This document shows, one piece after another, positions 48,430-57,432 of a stretch of DNA of 64,000 bases. Each line of letters opens with the position of its first letter. Position 1 is the first letter of the stretch. Source of the stretch: Dysgonomonas sp. (GTDB lineage: Bacteria > Bacteroidota > Bacteroidia > Bacteroidales > Dysgonomonadaceae); assembly GCA_047974325.1 (NCBI GenBank), contig JBKECE010000237.1, forward strand, positions 2,323-66,322. The letters are read 5' to 3'. A program made the translations under genes and the position numbers. The notes below the pieces were generated by a model. That model did not search any database, was not told where the DNA came from, and worked only from the letters and a program-made list of their open reading frames with translations.

Positions 48430-50997
48430 ATGAAAAAAATTTTCTTATTAATTGGATTTACTATGCTGGTCGTTGCTCAGATGTGGGCACAATCGGTCAA
48501 TATCACCGAATCTGCCGGCTGGCTTGAATCTGCATTCGTTAAATGGTCACCAGTTGAAGGTGCAGAAAGTTATAATGTATATTATAGTGGAGAGGGTGTG
48601 ACCAATCAAAAAATAAATGATCAACTTATCCGCAGTTACGGTACATATTTTCGTGCCGATATTTTGGGCTTAAAAGCAGGCACATATACAATAAAAGTAG
48701 CTCCAGTGTTGGCCGGAACAGAAGGTGCAGCTACAACAACAGCTTCCTTGACTGTTTTGCCCTACGATCGCACGGGTTTTGCTTTTGCTAACGGACGAGT
48801 TCCGGGAGCATACAAAGCAGATGGAACGCCAAAGGCAAATGCTGTGATCATATATGTAACAGAAAAGACAAAGAACACTGTTTCGCTGGATGTGGTAACT
48901 TCTTCAAAACTTGCAACAACTAATTTTACAGGACTCCAAAGCATCCTCTTGGGCTACAAGAAAGGATATGACACTCGTCCGCTCATAGTTCGTCTGGTAG
49001 GGCAAATCACAGATTTGTCCAATATGGACAAGGGTGATATTGTTGTTGAAAATAACAACAACGCATCTGTTTACATCACACTGGAAGGTGTTGGGCAAGA
49101 CGCTGTGGCTGATGGTTGGGGAATCCGCCTGAAGAATGCTTCAAATATTGAAGTCCGCAATATAGCAGTGATGAATTGTAACAGTGACGAAGGAGATAAT
49201 ATAGGCTTGCAGCAAAGCAATGATTATGTTTGGGTGCACAACTGTGATTTCTTTTATGGAGATGCCGGAAGCGATGCTGATCAGGTTAAAGGTGACGGAG
49301 CTTTGGATTGTAAAAAATCAAATTATGTGACATTTTCCTATAATCACTTCTGGGATACCGGAAAATCAAATTTATTGGGTTTAAGTGGTGAAACGGACAA
49401 ATTCTATATTACCTATCACCACAATTGGTATGACCATTCAGACAGCCGCCATCCACGTGTCCGTTTCTATTCGGCTCATGTTTACAATAATTATTATGAT
49501 GGTGTGTCTAAATATGGTGTAGGATCAACAGAGGCGTCTTCTGTTTTTGTCGAAGGTAATTATTTTCGCAATTGTAAATACCCTATACTGACTTCTATGC
49601 AAGGTTCTGATGTGTGGAATGAAGCTAAACAAGCAAATGATTATAAAGATATGCCTATTTTCTCAAAAGAAGACGGTGGCAGCATCAAAGCTTACAACAA
49701 TTATATGGAAGGTCAGAAGCGTTTCATTGCTTATGGCGCAACAGGTGGCACTGGTTTTGATTCTACAAAAGATTTTGACGCGTATGTAGTTACAAGCCGA
49801 GACGAAACAGTACCCGCTACGGTAAAATCTGTTTATGGTTCGAATGTGTACAACAATTTCGACACCAATTCTTCCATCATGTATGCTTATACACCGGATA
49901 GTCCAACGGATGCAAAAGGAAATGTGATGACCTATGCCGGACGAGTTTCGGGCGGTGATTTCAAATGGACATTCAATAATGCGGTGGATGATGCTTCGTC
50001 TGAAGTAAATGCGGCATTGAAGTCTGCTCTTACAAATTACAAAACAAGCTTAGTCTCTATTCAGGGAGAAGGTGGCGGCAGTTCCAATCCGTTGGTGACC
50101 ATAACTACCACAGCAGGCAACAAAGATCAGACCGTGACATTAGGATCGGCTATCAGCCCAGTTGAGTTCACCGCAGGAGGAAATGCAATCAGTATTTCTG
50201 TTGAAGACTTGCCCGCAGGGGTTACAAGTTCCATCGGCTCAAATGGCCTTGTGCTTACTATCACCGGAACCCCGACAGCAGTTGGCAACTACACTTACAC
50301 CGTATCATCGACAGATGGTACAAGCAGTACCGTTCTTGAAGGTGTTATCACAGTAGAAGATGCCGGAGGCAACACAAGCTCATGCACAAAAGAATATATT
50401 CAGGCAAAAGGTATCAACACAGACAATGCTTTCACTGTGGCAGGTAGTGCTTCGTCCAACGGTGGAACACAAAGCTATGAGGGCGTGTCTTTAAGTACCG
50501 GTCTGAAGATGGATAGTAAGGGTAGCATTGCATTCACAACAACCTCTAACGGAGCCACATTGATTGTCGGTGCAAACTCAAAATCGGCAGGTGGAACTTT
50601 AAAGCTGAATGGGGTGGAATCTATCACCAACCTTGGAACAACTTTCTCAGAAACAACACTCACATTAGGAGCAGCAGGTACGTATACCATTGCAAAAGGG
50701 ACTAATGAAAGTTATGTTTATTATGTGGTTGTCAAAGAAGTTTGTTCAGGAACGAGCATTGAAAAATCAGAAAAGCCCGAATTGGTGTTGTATCCTAATC
50801 CAGTGTCGGATAATCTTTATATTGTTTCGGAAACAGAAGTTGAATCTGTAGAGGTTTATGATCTTTCTGGTGCGATTATAAAACGTATAAAAGGCAATGT
50901 TGAATCCGTAAATGTGAGTGATCTAACAGTAGGTAGTTATCTTGTTAATGTACACACAAAACAAGGTTCTCACAAGCAAATTATATTTAAAAAATAA
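48430..50997 (+). CDS. Multidomain PL1-family pectate lyase with FN3-like N-terminus, Ig-like and beta-sandwich modules and T9SS C-terminal sorting domain
   Basis: PL1 core: VWVHNCDFFYGDAGSDADQVKGDGALDCKKSNYVTFSYNHFWDTGKSNLLG...ITYHHNWYDHSDSRHPRVRFYSAHVYNNYYDG. Ig-like segment: VEFTAGGNAISISVEDLPAGVTSS...GTPTAVGNYTYTV. CTD: LVLYPNPVSDNLYIVSETEVESVEVYDLSGAIIK...GSYLVNVHTKQGSHKQIIFKK. Confidence 0.85.
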   Translation: MKKIFLLIGFTMLVVAQMWAQSVNITESAGWLESAFVKWSPVEGAESYNVYYSGEGVTNQKINDQLIRSYGTYFRADILGLKAGTYTIKVAPVLAGTEGAATTTASLTVLPYDRTGFAFANGRVPGAYKADGTPKANAVIIYVTEKTKNTVSLDVVTSSKLATTNFTGLQSILLGYKKGYDTRPLIVRLVGQITDLSNMDKGDIVVENNNNASVYITLEGVGQDAVADGWGIRLKNASNIEVRNIAVMNCNSDEGDNIGLQQSNDYVWVHNCDFFYGDAGSDADQVKGDGALDCKKSNYVTFSYNHFWDTGKSNLLGLSGETDKFYITYHHNWYDHSDSRHPRVRFYSAHVYNNYYDGVSKYGVGSTEASSVFVEGNYFRNCKYPILTSMQGSDVWNEAKQANDYKDMPIFSKEDGGSIKAYNNYMEGQKRFIAYGATGGTGFDSTKDFDAYVVTSRDETVPATVKSVYGSNVYNNFDTNSSIMYAYTPDSPTDAKGNVMTYAGRVSGGDFKWTFNNAVDDASSEVNAALKSALTNYKTSLVSIQGEGGGSSNPLVTITTTAGNKDQTVTLGSAISPVEFTAGGNAISISVEDLPAGVTSSIGSNGLVLTITGTPTAVGNYTYTVSSTDGTSSTVLEGVITVEDAGGNTSSCTKEYIQAKGINTDNAFTVAGSASSNGGTQSYEGVSLSTGLKMDSKGSIAFTTTSNGATLIVGANSKSAGGTLKLNGVESITNLGTTFSETTLTLGAAGTYTIAKGTNESYVYYVVVKEVCSGTSIEKSEKPELVLYPNPVSDNLYIVSETEVESVEVYDLSGAIIKRIKGNVESVNVSDLTVGSYLVNVHTKQGSHKQIIFKK

Positions 50998-51036
50998 GTG
51001 GCAATGTTGCTTTTGTAGCAATAGCACTAAAAAAAG

Positions 51037-51076
51037 AAACAGGAGCTATCACTTTCAAAAAGGGTAGCTCCTGTTT
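51037..51076. terminator. Bidirectional terminator between convergent PL1 gene and tsaE
   Basis: 12-bp perfect stem aaacaggagcta / tagctcctgttt, flanked by an A run and a T run. Confidence 0.7.
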
Positions 51077-51077
51077 T

Positions 51078-51494
51078 TTATTTGATTGTCACCTTACGGC
51101 TTCCATCGTCCATCTCTTCAATGGCTACATTCACCACATCGTGAGGCAGGAGTGATTCTACCTTTTCGGGCCATTCTATGAAACAGATGCTGCCGCTGTA
51201 GAAATAATCTTCATAACCAAAATCGAATGCTTCTTCTACTTTGTTAATGCGGTAGAAATCGAAATGATAAATCAATTCGCCGGAGTTTGATCTGTATTCA
51301 TTGATGATGGCAAAAGTTGGACTGTTTATGACATCTTCTACGCCGAGTTTTTCGCAGATGGCTTTTATGAATGTTGTTTTACCGGCTCCCATTTTGCCGT
51401 GAAAAGCAAAAACCGTGTTATCTCCCATTGCATTCACAAACTCAAGAGCAGCGTCCCCGATCGTTTCCAATGATTTTATTATAATATCTTTCAT
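51078..51494 (-). CDS. tsaE: tRNA t6A37 threonylcarbamoyl-transfer ATPase TsaE
   Basis: [17 protein letters not shown] (P-loop), [10 protein letters not shown] and HFDFYR motifs. The ~138 aa size fits. Confidence 0.9.
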   Translation of the reverse strand: MKDIIIKSLETIGDAALEFVNAMGDNTVFAFHGKMGAGKTTFIKAICEKLGVEDVINSPTFAIINEYRSNSGELIYHFDFYRINKVEEAFDFGYEDYFYSGSICFIEWPEKVESLLPHDVVNVAIEEMDDGSRKVTIK

Positions 51495-51500
51495 TACAAC

Positions 51501-53045
51501 TTATTTAGGGTTTAGTGTTATTAATGGAACAACCATTTCTTCGAGCGAAATGCCTCCATGCTGAAACGTATCGTTGTAGTATGAGGCATAATAATTATAG
51601 TTGTTGGGATAGGCAAAGAAATCTTCGTTGTAAGCAAAGATGTATTTAGTGCTTATATTCGGGCTGGGCAGTCCAAACTTTTGGGGATCACGAACTTCAT
51701 ATACCTTTTTGAAGTCGTAGTTGAGATTTTTGCCCAATTTGTAGCGCAGATTGGTGTTTGTGGCCTTGTCTCCGATCACCTTTATAGGGTTCTTGACGCG
51801 GATAGTGCCATGGTCGGTGGTGAGGATTATCTTGTAGCCTTTTTCTGCTATTTTTTTGAATAGATCAATGGTGCTGGAGTGCCTGAACCATGAGCGAGTC
51901 AATGATCTGTATGCGGCCTCATCTGAAGCTAGTTCGCGGATCATTTTCGAATCTGTGCGGGCATGTGATAGCATATCCACAAAGTTGATGACAATTACAT
52001 TCAACTGATTGACTATTAATGAATTTATATTCTGAATAAGTTTCTCTCCTTGTGTCGAAGTCAACACCTTATGATATGAGAAGCTGTATTTCTTTCTGAA
52101 ACGCTCTATCTGAGTCTGTATGAGTGGTTCTTCATTGAGATTTTTGCTCTCCTCTTCGTCTTCGTCTATCCACAAATCAGGGAACATTTCTGCTATTTGC
52201 AGAGGCATTAACCCCGAAAAAATAGAGTTTCGGGCATATTGTGTTGCTGTGGGCAAAATGCTATAATAGAGATCTTCCTGAAAAATGAAATCGGGAGCGA
52301 GCAGGTCTTTGACCTCCATCCATTGGTCGAGCCGGAAGTTATCTATCAAAATAAAGAATATCTTTTCGTCATTGTCCAGATGTGGAAATACTTTCTTTTT
52401 GAATAAATCGGGACTCAGTAGAGGGCGATTTTCTGAACCTGTCACCCAAGATTCATAATTCTTTTTTACGAATTTGCAGAAAGAATTGTTAGCTTCCTGC
52501 TTTTGCATTTTCAGCATCTCGATCAGCGGATTTTGAGATGAGGTCAGTTCCATTTCCCAATAGACAATTTTTTTGTACACATCCATCCAATCTTCGGGTG
52601 TTTGTGCACCGCTTATCTGCATACTTATTTTATTGAACTCTTCCCTATAACCTTCTTGTGTGGCTTCGGTGACGATGTCGTCTTTGTGAAGGTTCTTTTT
52701 AATGGAAAGGAGTATCTGGTTGGGATTGACGGGCTTTATGAGGTAATCTGCAATTTTTTTGCCGATAGCATCGGTCATGATACCTTCGTCTTCGCTTTTG
52801 GTTATCATGATCACCGGGATGTTCGGGTTTATTTCTTTCAGGAGAGAGAGTGTCTCCAGACCGGTCAGACCAGGCATGTTTTCGTCCAGAAACACGAGGT
52901 CGAAAGGTTCATCATTGAAGCTGTCAACTGCATCACGACCACTGTTTACTGTGATTATTTCGTATCCTTTTTCATTCAGGAACAAAACATGCGGGCGAAG
53001 CAGATCTATTTCATCGTCGGCCCATAGTATGCGTTTCTTCTTCAT
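51501..53045 (-). CDS. porX: PorX-like response regulator: receiver domain fused to PglZ/alkaline-phosphatase-superfamily domain
   Basis: REC motifs are ILWADDEIDLL, DLVFLDENMPGLTG and VIMITKSED. The PglZ-like part carries SILPTATQYARNSIFSG, FVDMLSHA and TTDHGT. The ~514 aa length and adjacency to tsaE match PorX of T9SS-bearing Bacteroidota. Confidence 0.85.
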   Translation of the reverse strand: MKKKRILWADDEIDLLRPHVLFLNEKGYEIITVNSGRDAVDSFNDEPFDLVFLDENMPGLTGLETLSLLKEINPNIPVIMITKSEDEGIMTDAIGKKIADYLIKPVNPNQILLSIKKNLHKDDIVTEATQEGYREEFNKISMQISGAQTPEDWMDVYKKIVYWEMELTSSQNPLIEMLKMQKQEANNSFCKFVKKNYESWVTGSENRPLLSPDLFKKKVFPHLDNDEKIFFILIDNFRLDQWMEVKDLLAPDFIFQEDLYYSILPTATQYARNSIFSGLMPLQIAEMFPDLWIDEDEEESKNLNEEPLIQTQIERFRKKYSFSYHKVLTSTQGEKLIQNINSLIVNQLNVIVINFVDMLSHARTDSKMIRELASDEAAYRSLTRSWFRHSSTIDLFKKIAEKGYKIILTTDHGTIRVKNPIKVIGDKATNTNLRYKLGKNLNYDFKKVYEVRDPQKFGLPSPNISTKYIFAYNEDFFAYPNNYNYYASYYNDTFQHGGISLEEMVVPLITLNPK

Positions 53046-53167
53046 ATTGTTAAATGAGGGTTTTATTTTTTATCAAAAGTAGCGATTTATGCCATAACTA
53101 AACTTCTCTGAAATCATAAATTATTGTAATCATGTATCAGACATTACTTACTAACGTTCAAAAACAG

Positions 53168-53175
53168 TATTTTTG
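53168..53175 (+). promoter_or_regulatory. Candidate -7 box (TATTTTTG) for tcdA
   Basis: Exact TAnnTTTG match 26 nt upstream of the ATG at 53201. It lies inside the longer track ORF that starts at 53132, which argues for the shorter start. Confidence 0.3.
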
Positions 53176-53200
53176 TATCCGCATTTTTGAAAAAAATTTA

Positions 53201-53998
53201 ATGGGTTTAGAAAAAGGTCTTTTTAAAAGAACAGAGTTGCTGCTGGGCAATGACCGGATGCAGAAAATAGCGGCAGTGCGTGTCATCATATTTGGTGTAG
53301 GTGGTGTGGGCAGTTGGTGCGCCGAGAGTTTGGTGCGTTCAGGCATCAGAGACATCACGATTGTGGATTCGGATCGTGTGTGTGTGACCAATATTAATCG
53401 TCAATTGATGGCCACGACCAAAACAGTGGGAAAAGTGAAAGTTGAAGTACTCAAAGAACGTCTGCTAGACATAAATCCGAAGGCCGAAATCAATGCTTTG
53501 CAGATGATATACAGTAAGGAAACCTCTGCGTCATTCAATCTGGACAGCTATGATTATATTATAGATGCAATAGACAGCCTTGAGAATAAGATGCATCTGA
53601 TTCAGACAGCTACAAAGACGAATGCTGTTTTCTTTTCTTCTATGGGAGCTGCCCTGAAAATGGATCCGTTGAAGATTCAGGTTGCCGAGTTTTGGAAAGT
53701 GAAAGGGTGTCCTCTTGGAGCTGCATTACGTCGCAAACTGAAAAAAGCAGAGAGACCTTCAAAAAAGTTTTTGTGTGTTTTCAGTGAGGAGGTTTTGGAA
53801 AATAAAGGCCAAAACTCATCGTGTGGAACAGAAAAATGCCTGTGTCCAAGAGCTGAAACCGGACCCGGTGATCCAAATCTCGTGAACCATGAATGGTGCA
53901 GCATGAAAGCTCAGATAAATGGAACATTGGCTCATACAACAGCGATATTCGGATTTACACTTGCCGGTTTGGTTATGCAAGATATTTGTAAAGCATAA
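53201..53998 (+). CDS. tcdA: tRNA threonylcarbamoyladenosine dehydratase (ThiF/MoeB/HesA E1-like family)
   Basis: VIIFGVGGVGSWCAESLVRSGIRDITIVDSDRVCVTNINRQL is the E1-like Rossmann signature. The ~265 aa size fits. Confidence 0.85.
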   Translation: MGLEKGLFKRTELLLGNDRMQKIAAVRVIIFGVGGVGSWCAESLVRSGIRDITIVDSDRVCVTNINRQLMATTKTVGKVKVEVLKERLLDINPKAEINALQMIYSKETSASFNLDSYDYIIDAIDSLENKMHLIQTATKTNAVFFSSMGAALKMDPLKIQVAEFWKVKGCPLGAALRRKLKKAERPSKKFLCVFSEEVLENKGQNSSCGTEKCLCPRAETGPGDPNLVNHEWCSMKAQINGTLAHTTAIFGFTLAGLVMQDICKA

Positions 53999-54016
53999 GA
54001 CTATTCGTTATATGAA

Positions 54017-54059
54017 AACAAGAGCGTCTGACCTCGATTAAGGAACAGACGCTCTTGTT
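54017..54059. terminator. Bidirectional terminator between convergent tcdA and SGNH esterase gene
   Basis: 14-bp perfect stem aacaagagcgtctg / cagacgctcttgtt with a 15-nt loop. Confidence 0.7.
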
Positions 54060-54080
54060 TGGTATTAATGGCATATACTT

Positions 54081-54770
54081 TTATTTTACCACTTTGTCTA
54101 TTACAGCTTTTGCCACTGATTCCATGATTGTGTATGCTTCTTTGTTGGGATGCACACCGTCTTTACTATATCCGGCTTTCATGGCTCCTTTATCGTCACG
54201 GAGTGACGAGTTATAATCAATATAAGCAAGTTTTTGTTCTTTGGCATAAACCTGTATTTCTTTGTTGAGAGCTTCTATTTTAGCTGTTGCATCGGTGATA
54301 CTTTTGTTCCAACTGAATCCATCGGCAGGCAAAACCGAAGACAGAATTACTTTTATGTTGTTTGCTTTGGCTATTTCCACCATTGATTTGATGTTTCCGA
54401 GTGTGAATCCGGGGCTGTAATTACCTGTGTTTTCTGCAATATCGTTGGTTCCCACATTGATAACTACTGCTACAGGTTTCAATGCAACAACATCCTGACG
54501 GAAACGAAGCAAGAGTTGAGGGCTAGTTTGTCCGCTGATTCCTCTTCCTATATAGTTGTTGGAGGTGAAGAAATCGGGATGACTGTTTACCCAGCCTTCT
54601 GTGATGGAATTGCCGATGAATACAACTCGTTTTACACCTTTTTGGGGAGCAGCCAATTCAGAATTTGCTTTTTCGTACTTACCCATATTGACCATGTCAT
54701 TTAGTTTCTGGGCTGAAATATAAGGCGAAAAAATGGCAAGAAGAAGAGAGAGTAATAGATTTTTTTTCAT
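54081..54770 (-). CDS. Secreted SGNH/GDSL-family hydrolase (acetylesterase/lipase-like)
   Basis: Signal peptide. SGNH blocks I VVFIGNSITEGW, II GISGQTS, III NVGTNDI and V DGVHPN. Confidence 0.85.
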   Translation of the reverse strand: MKKNLLLSLLLAIFSPYISAQKLNDMVNMGKYEKANSELAAPQKGVKRVVFIGNSITEGWVNSHPDFFTSNNYIGRGISGQTSPQLLLRFRQDVVALKPVAVVINVGTNDIAENTGNYSPGFTLGNIKSMVEIAKANNIKVILSSVLPADGFSWNKSITDATAKIEALNKEIQVYAKEQKLAYIDYNSSLRDDKGAMKAGYSKDGVHPNKEAYTIMESVAKAVIDKVVK

Positions 54771-54816
54771 GGTACGATAGATTTAGTTATTGGTAGTATA
54801 ATTATGTAATATTTTC

Positions 54817-55929
54817 TTACTGTTTATTCCGGAGGCTTTCTATGGCTTCTTTAGCATTGTTATAGAACACTTGCATTTTCTGAAAAACGTCTGCTCCAAG
54901 TTTTTCTTTGCCTTTGTCATTGTTCCATTTCTCAACAGGGATCAACTGGTAAACAGCTCTGCCATTTTCTATCGGCTTATGGACGAATACAAGAGAGTAT
55001 GAACAATTGTCTATTGTTACTGCCGAGTCTTTGTCTTTTTTGCTCAATTCGATTTTCACCAACATGCCACCGTCGGTGTTCACAACTTTCATTCCGGAAA
55101 CAAAATTGCCCATTGAATATACAACTACATTCTCTATCGAATCCTTGTTCCTGCGTATATCTAATGGCTGCACTACGTGTGGATGGCTACCGATAACGAG
55201 TCTCACACCGTGTTCGATAAGAAAATCGGCAAGAGATTCCTGTGCTTTGCTTTGTTTTAGTTTGTATTCTATGCCCCAATGCATATTGGCGACAATGATA
55301 TCAGCTTTCATTATTTTACATAATTCTATATCTTTCAGAATTTGTTTTCGACTTGTCACATTCACCACGTTAGGCGATGGTATTTCCAAGCCATTGGTGT
55401 CGTAAGTGTAATTGAGCATAGCAATGCGAATGCCATTTTTCACCACCATGAGTGGATATGACAACTCTTTTTTGGCTCGGGTGGTATATGTTCCCAAATG
55501 TTTGACCTGCATCGAATCTAACATAGCGATGGTTCTTTCTATACCTTTTTTACCCTTATCCACACAATGGTTATTTGCCGTAAGAAATATATCGAATCCG
55601 GCATCTTTGAGGCTAAAAGCAAAAGCATCCGGTGAACCGAAAAGCGGAAATCCCGAATAGTTCTTTCCGGGAAGAGTTGTTTCGAGATTCACCACCGAAA
55701 TATCTGCAGCCTGAATTTCATCTTTCACGTGTTGAAAATAGGACGAATAGTCATAACCGTCAACTGTTTTTGCAGCATCCAACTGACGTGTGTGTTGCAT
55801 GGCATCGCCTGCAAATAACAAGCTCACTTTTTTCTCTTGTGCAAAAAGAGAAGCACATACAATCAATGACAAAAATAATAGGCATATATGACGGTATTTC
55901 TTTATTTCCAATGCTGCAAGATGTATCAT
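54817..55929 (-). CDS. CapA-family (PGA_cap) metallophosphoesterase-like protein
   Basis: LLFAGDAMQH, VNLETTL, TANNHCVDKG, NMHWGIEY and GSHPHVVQP are the CapA / poly-gamma-glutamate capsule-synthesis-family motifs. Confidence 0.85.
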   Translation of the reverse strand: MIHLAALEIKKYRHICLLFLSLIVCASLFAQEKKVSLLFAGDAMQHTRQLDAAKTVDGYDYSSYFQHVKDEIQAADISVVNLETTLPGKNYSGFPLFGSPDAFAFSLKDAGFDIFLTANNHCVDKGKKGIERTIAMLDSMQVKHLGTYTTRAKKELSYPLMVVKNGIRIAMLNYTYDTNGLEIPSPNVVNVTSRKQILKDIELCKIMKADIIVANMHWGIEYKLKQSKAQESLADFLIEHGVRLVIGSHPHVVQPLDIRRNKDSIENVVVYSMGNFVSGMKVVNTDGGMLVKIELSKKDKDSAVTIDNCSYSLVFVHKPIENGRAVYQLIPVEKWNNDKGKEKLGADVFQKMQVFYNNAKEAIESLRNKQ

Positions 55930-55969
55930 ATTTTCAGTTTTTTCACTCCTTAAACTTTATCTATATATC

Positions 55970-57430
55970 TTATTTTTTCCAGAATGCGGGCATAAAAAGG
56001 GAAAGCACGGTGAATAGTTCTAAACGTCCGGTGAGCATCAAAAAGCAAAGATACCATTTCGAAAAGTCCGGTACATTGGCAAAATGTCCACTAGGACCAA
56101 CACTTCCTAATCCGGGACCGACGTTTCCCATACAGGAAATGGCAGCACCCACGGATTCTTCAAATCCCATTCCGGTGAATGCCAGCACCAAAAAACTGAT
56201 GATGAGAATGGCAAGGTACAGAAAGATAAATGCGAGTATTTTAGTCACCACTTCTATCGGAATCACCTGATCGTTGAGTCTGACAGGCAATATGGCATTG
56301 GGGTGTACTTGTCTTTTAAATTCATTCACTGCATTTTTGCAAAGAATGATAATGCGGACTATCTTTATTCCACCGGATGTGGATCCGGCGCATGCACAAA
56401 AAAGCATCAACAGGCAGATCGACAGCGTGTAGAATGCACCCCAGTTCATATAGTCCACGGTTGCAAATCCGGTTGTGGTGATCACTGATGTAACCTGAAA
56501 CAAAGATGTGCGGAAAGCATATTCTATATTTTTGATCTGACCCGAAAAAATGAGACATGATGCTATGATAACAACGAATATGATGCAAATGATAGCATAC
56601 CATTTAAATTCTTCGTCCCGGATCAGTTTTTTTGGTCTTCCTTTAAAGACATAGTATAGAAGAGCAAAGTTTGTTCCTCCGATGAACATGAAAAAACTCA
56701 GCACATATTCTGTGTAAGGCGAATTCCAATAAGCGATGCTTGCCTGCTTCGTAGAGAAGCCACCGGTGGCCATCGTGGACATAGCATGACAGACCGAATC
56801 AAAAAAATTCATAGGCCCCAGATAGAGCAAAAAACACAAGATGGCGGTGATGGTAATATATGTTCCCCAAATTCTTTTCGCAATCTGAGTGACACGCGGT
56901 TGAAAGCGTTCGTGCGTGATTCCTGTTGTTTCTGCATCGTACAAGACTGAAGCGTTGCCGCCAATCATGGGTAAGAGAGCTAATGCAAATACGATAATTC
57001 CCATACCTCCAAGCCATTGTGTGAGGCTTCTCCAGAATAATAATCCCAAAGGCATCGAGTCTATGTCTAAGAGGATGCTTGAGCCTGTGGTCGAAAAACC
57101 CGACATAGTTTCAAAATAAGCATTGGTAATATCGGGAATAGCACCGCTGAGATAGAACGGAAGCATTCCAAATGCAGACATCACAACCCAACTGAGTGCA
57201 ACGACTAAGAAACTTTCGCGTTTTCCGATCGGATTTTCATAGTTTTCGGTTCCCAGAATACGGAAAAAGATACCCCCAGCAATGGTGATTACGGACGAGA
57301 GCAACATCCCGTCACTGCACGCTTCCTGATAATAGAAAGAAATGACAGTAGCTATCATCATAAAAATGGATTCGATGATGAGAAGGAATCCACTTGTTTT
57401 GAAGATGAAGTGAAAATTAAAGCTATTCAT
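55970..57430 (-). CDS. trkH: Trk-type potassium uptake protein, membrane subunit
   Basis: Polytopic protein, 486 aa. Repeated selectivity-filter-like motifs are TTGFAT, STGGFST and SNVGPG-type (GNVGPGLG). It sits adjacent to trkA. Confidence 0.93.
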   Translation of the reverse strand: MNSFNFHFIFKTSGFLLIIESIFMMIATVISFYYQEACSDGMLLSSVITIAGGIFFRILGTENYENPIGKRESFLVVALSWVVMSAFGMLPFYLSGAIPDITNAYFETMSGFSTTGSSILLDIDSMPLGLLFWRSLTQWLGGMGIIVFALALLPMIGGNASVLYDAETTGITHERFQPRVTQIAKRIWGTYITITAILCFLLYLGPMNFFDSVCHAMSTMATGGFSTKQASIAYWNSPYTEYVLSFFMFIGGTNFALLYYVFKGRPKKLIRDEEFKWYAIICIIFVVIIASCLIFSGQIKNIEYAFRTSLFQVTSVITTTGFATVDYMNWGAFYTLSICLLMLFCACAGSTSGGIKIVRIIILCKNAVNEFKRQVHPNAILPVRLNDQVIPIEVVTKILAFIFLYLAILIISFLVLAFTGMGFEESVGAAISCMGNVGPGLGSVGPSGHFANVPDFSKWYLCFLMLTGRLELFTVLSLFMPAFWKK

Positions 57431-57432
57431 TT

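Noticed and set aside
48430-50997. Treating the PL1 lyase as part of the GH92/SusCD operon
   Set aside because: A 12-bp stem plus T9 terminator at 48111..48159 and a 337-bp gap separate it from the PUL. It is reported as a neighbouring, separately transcribed gene.
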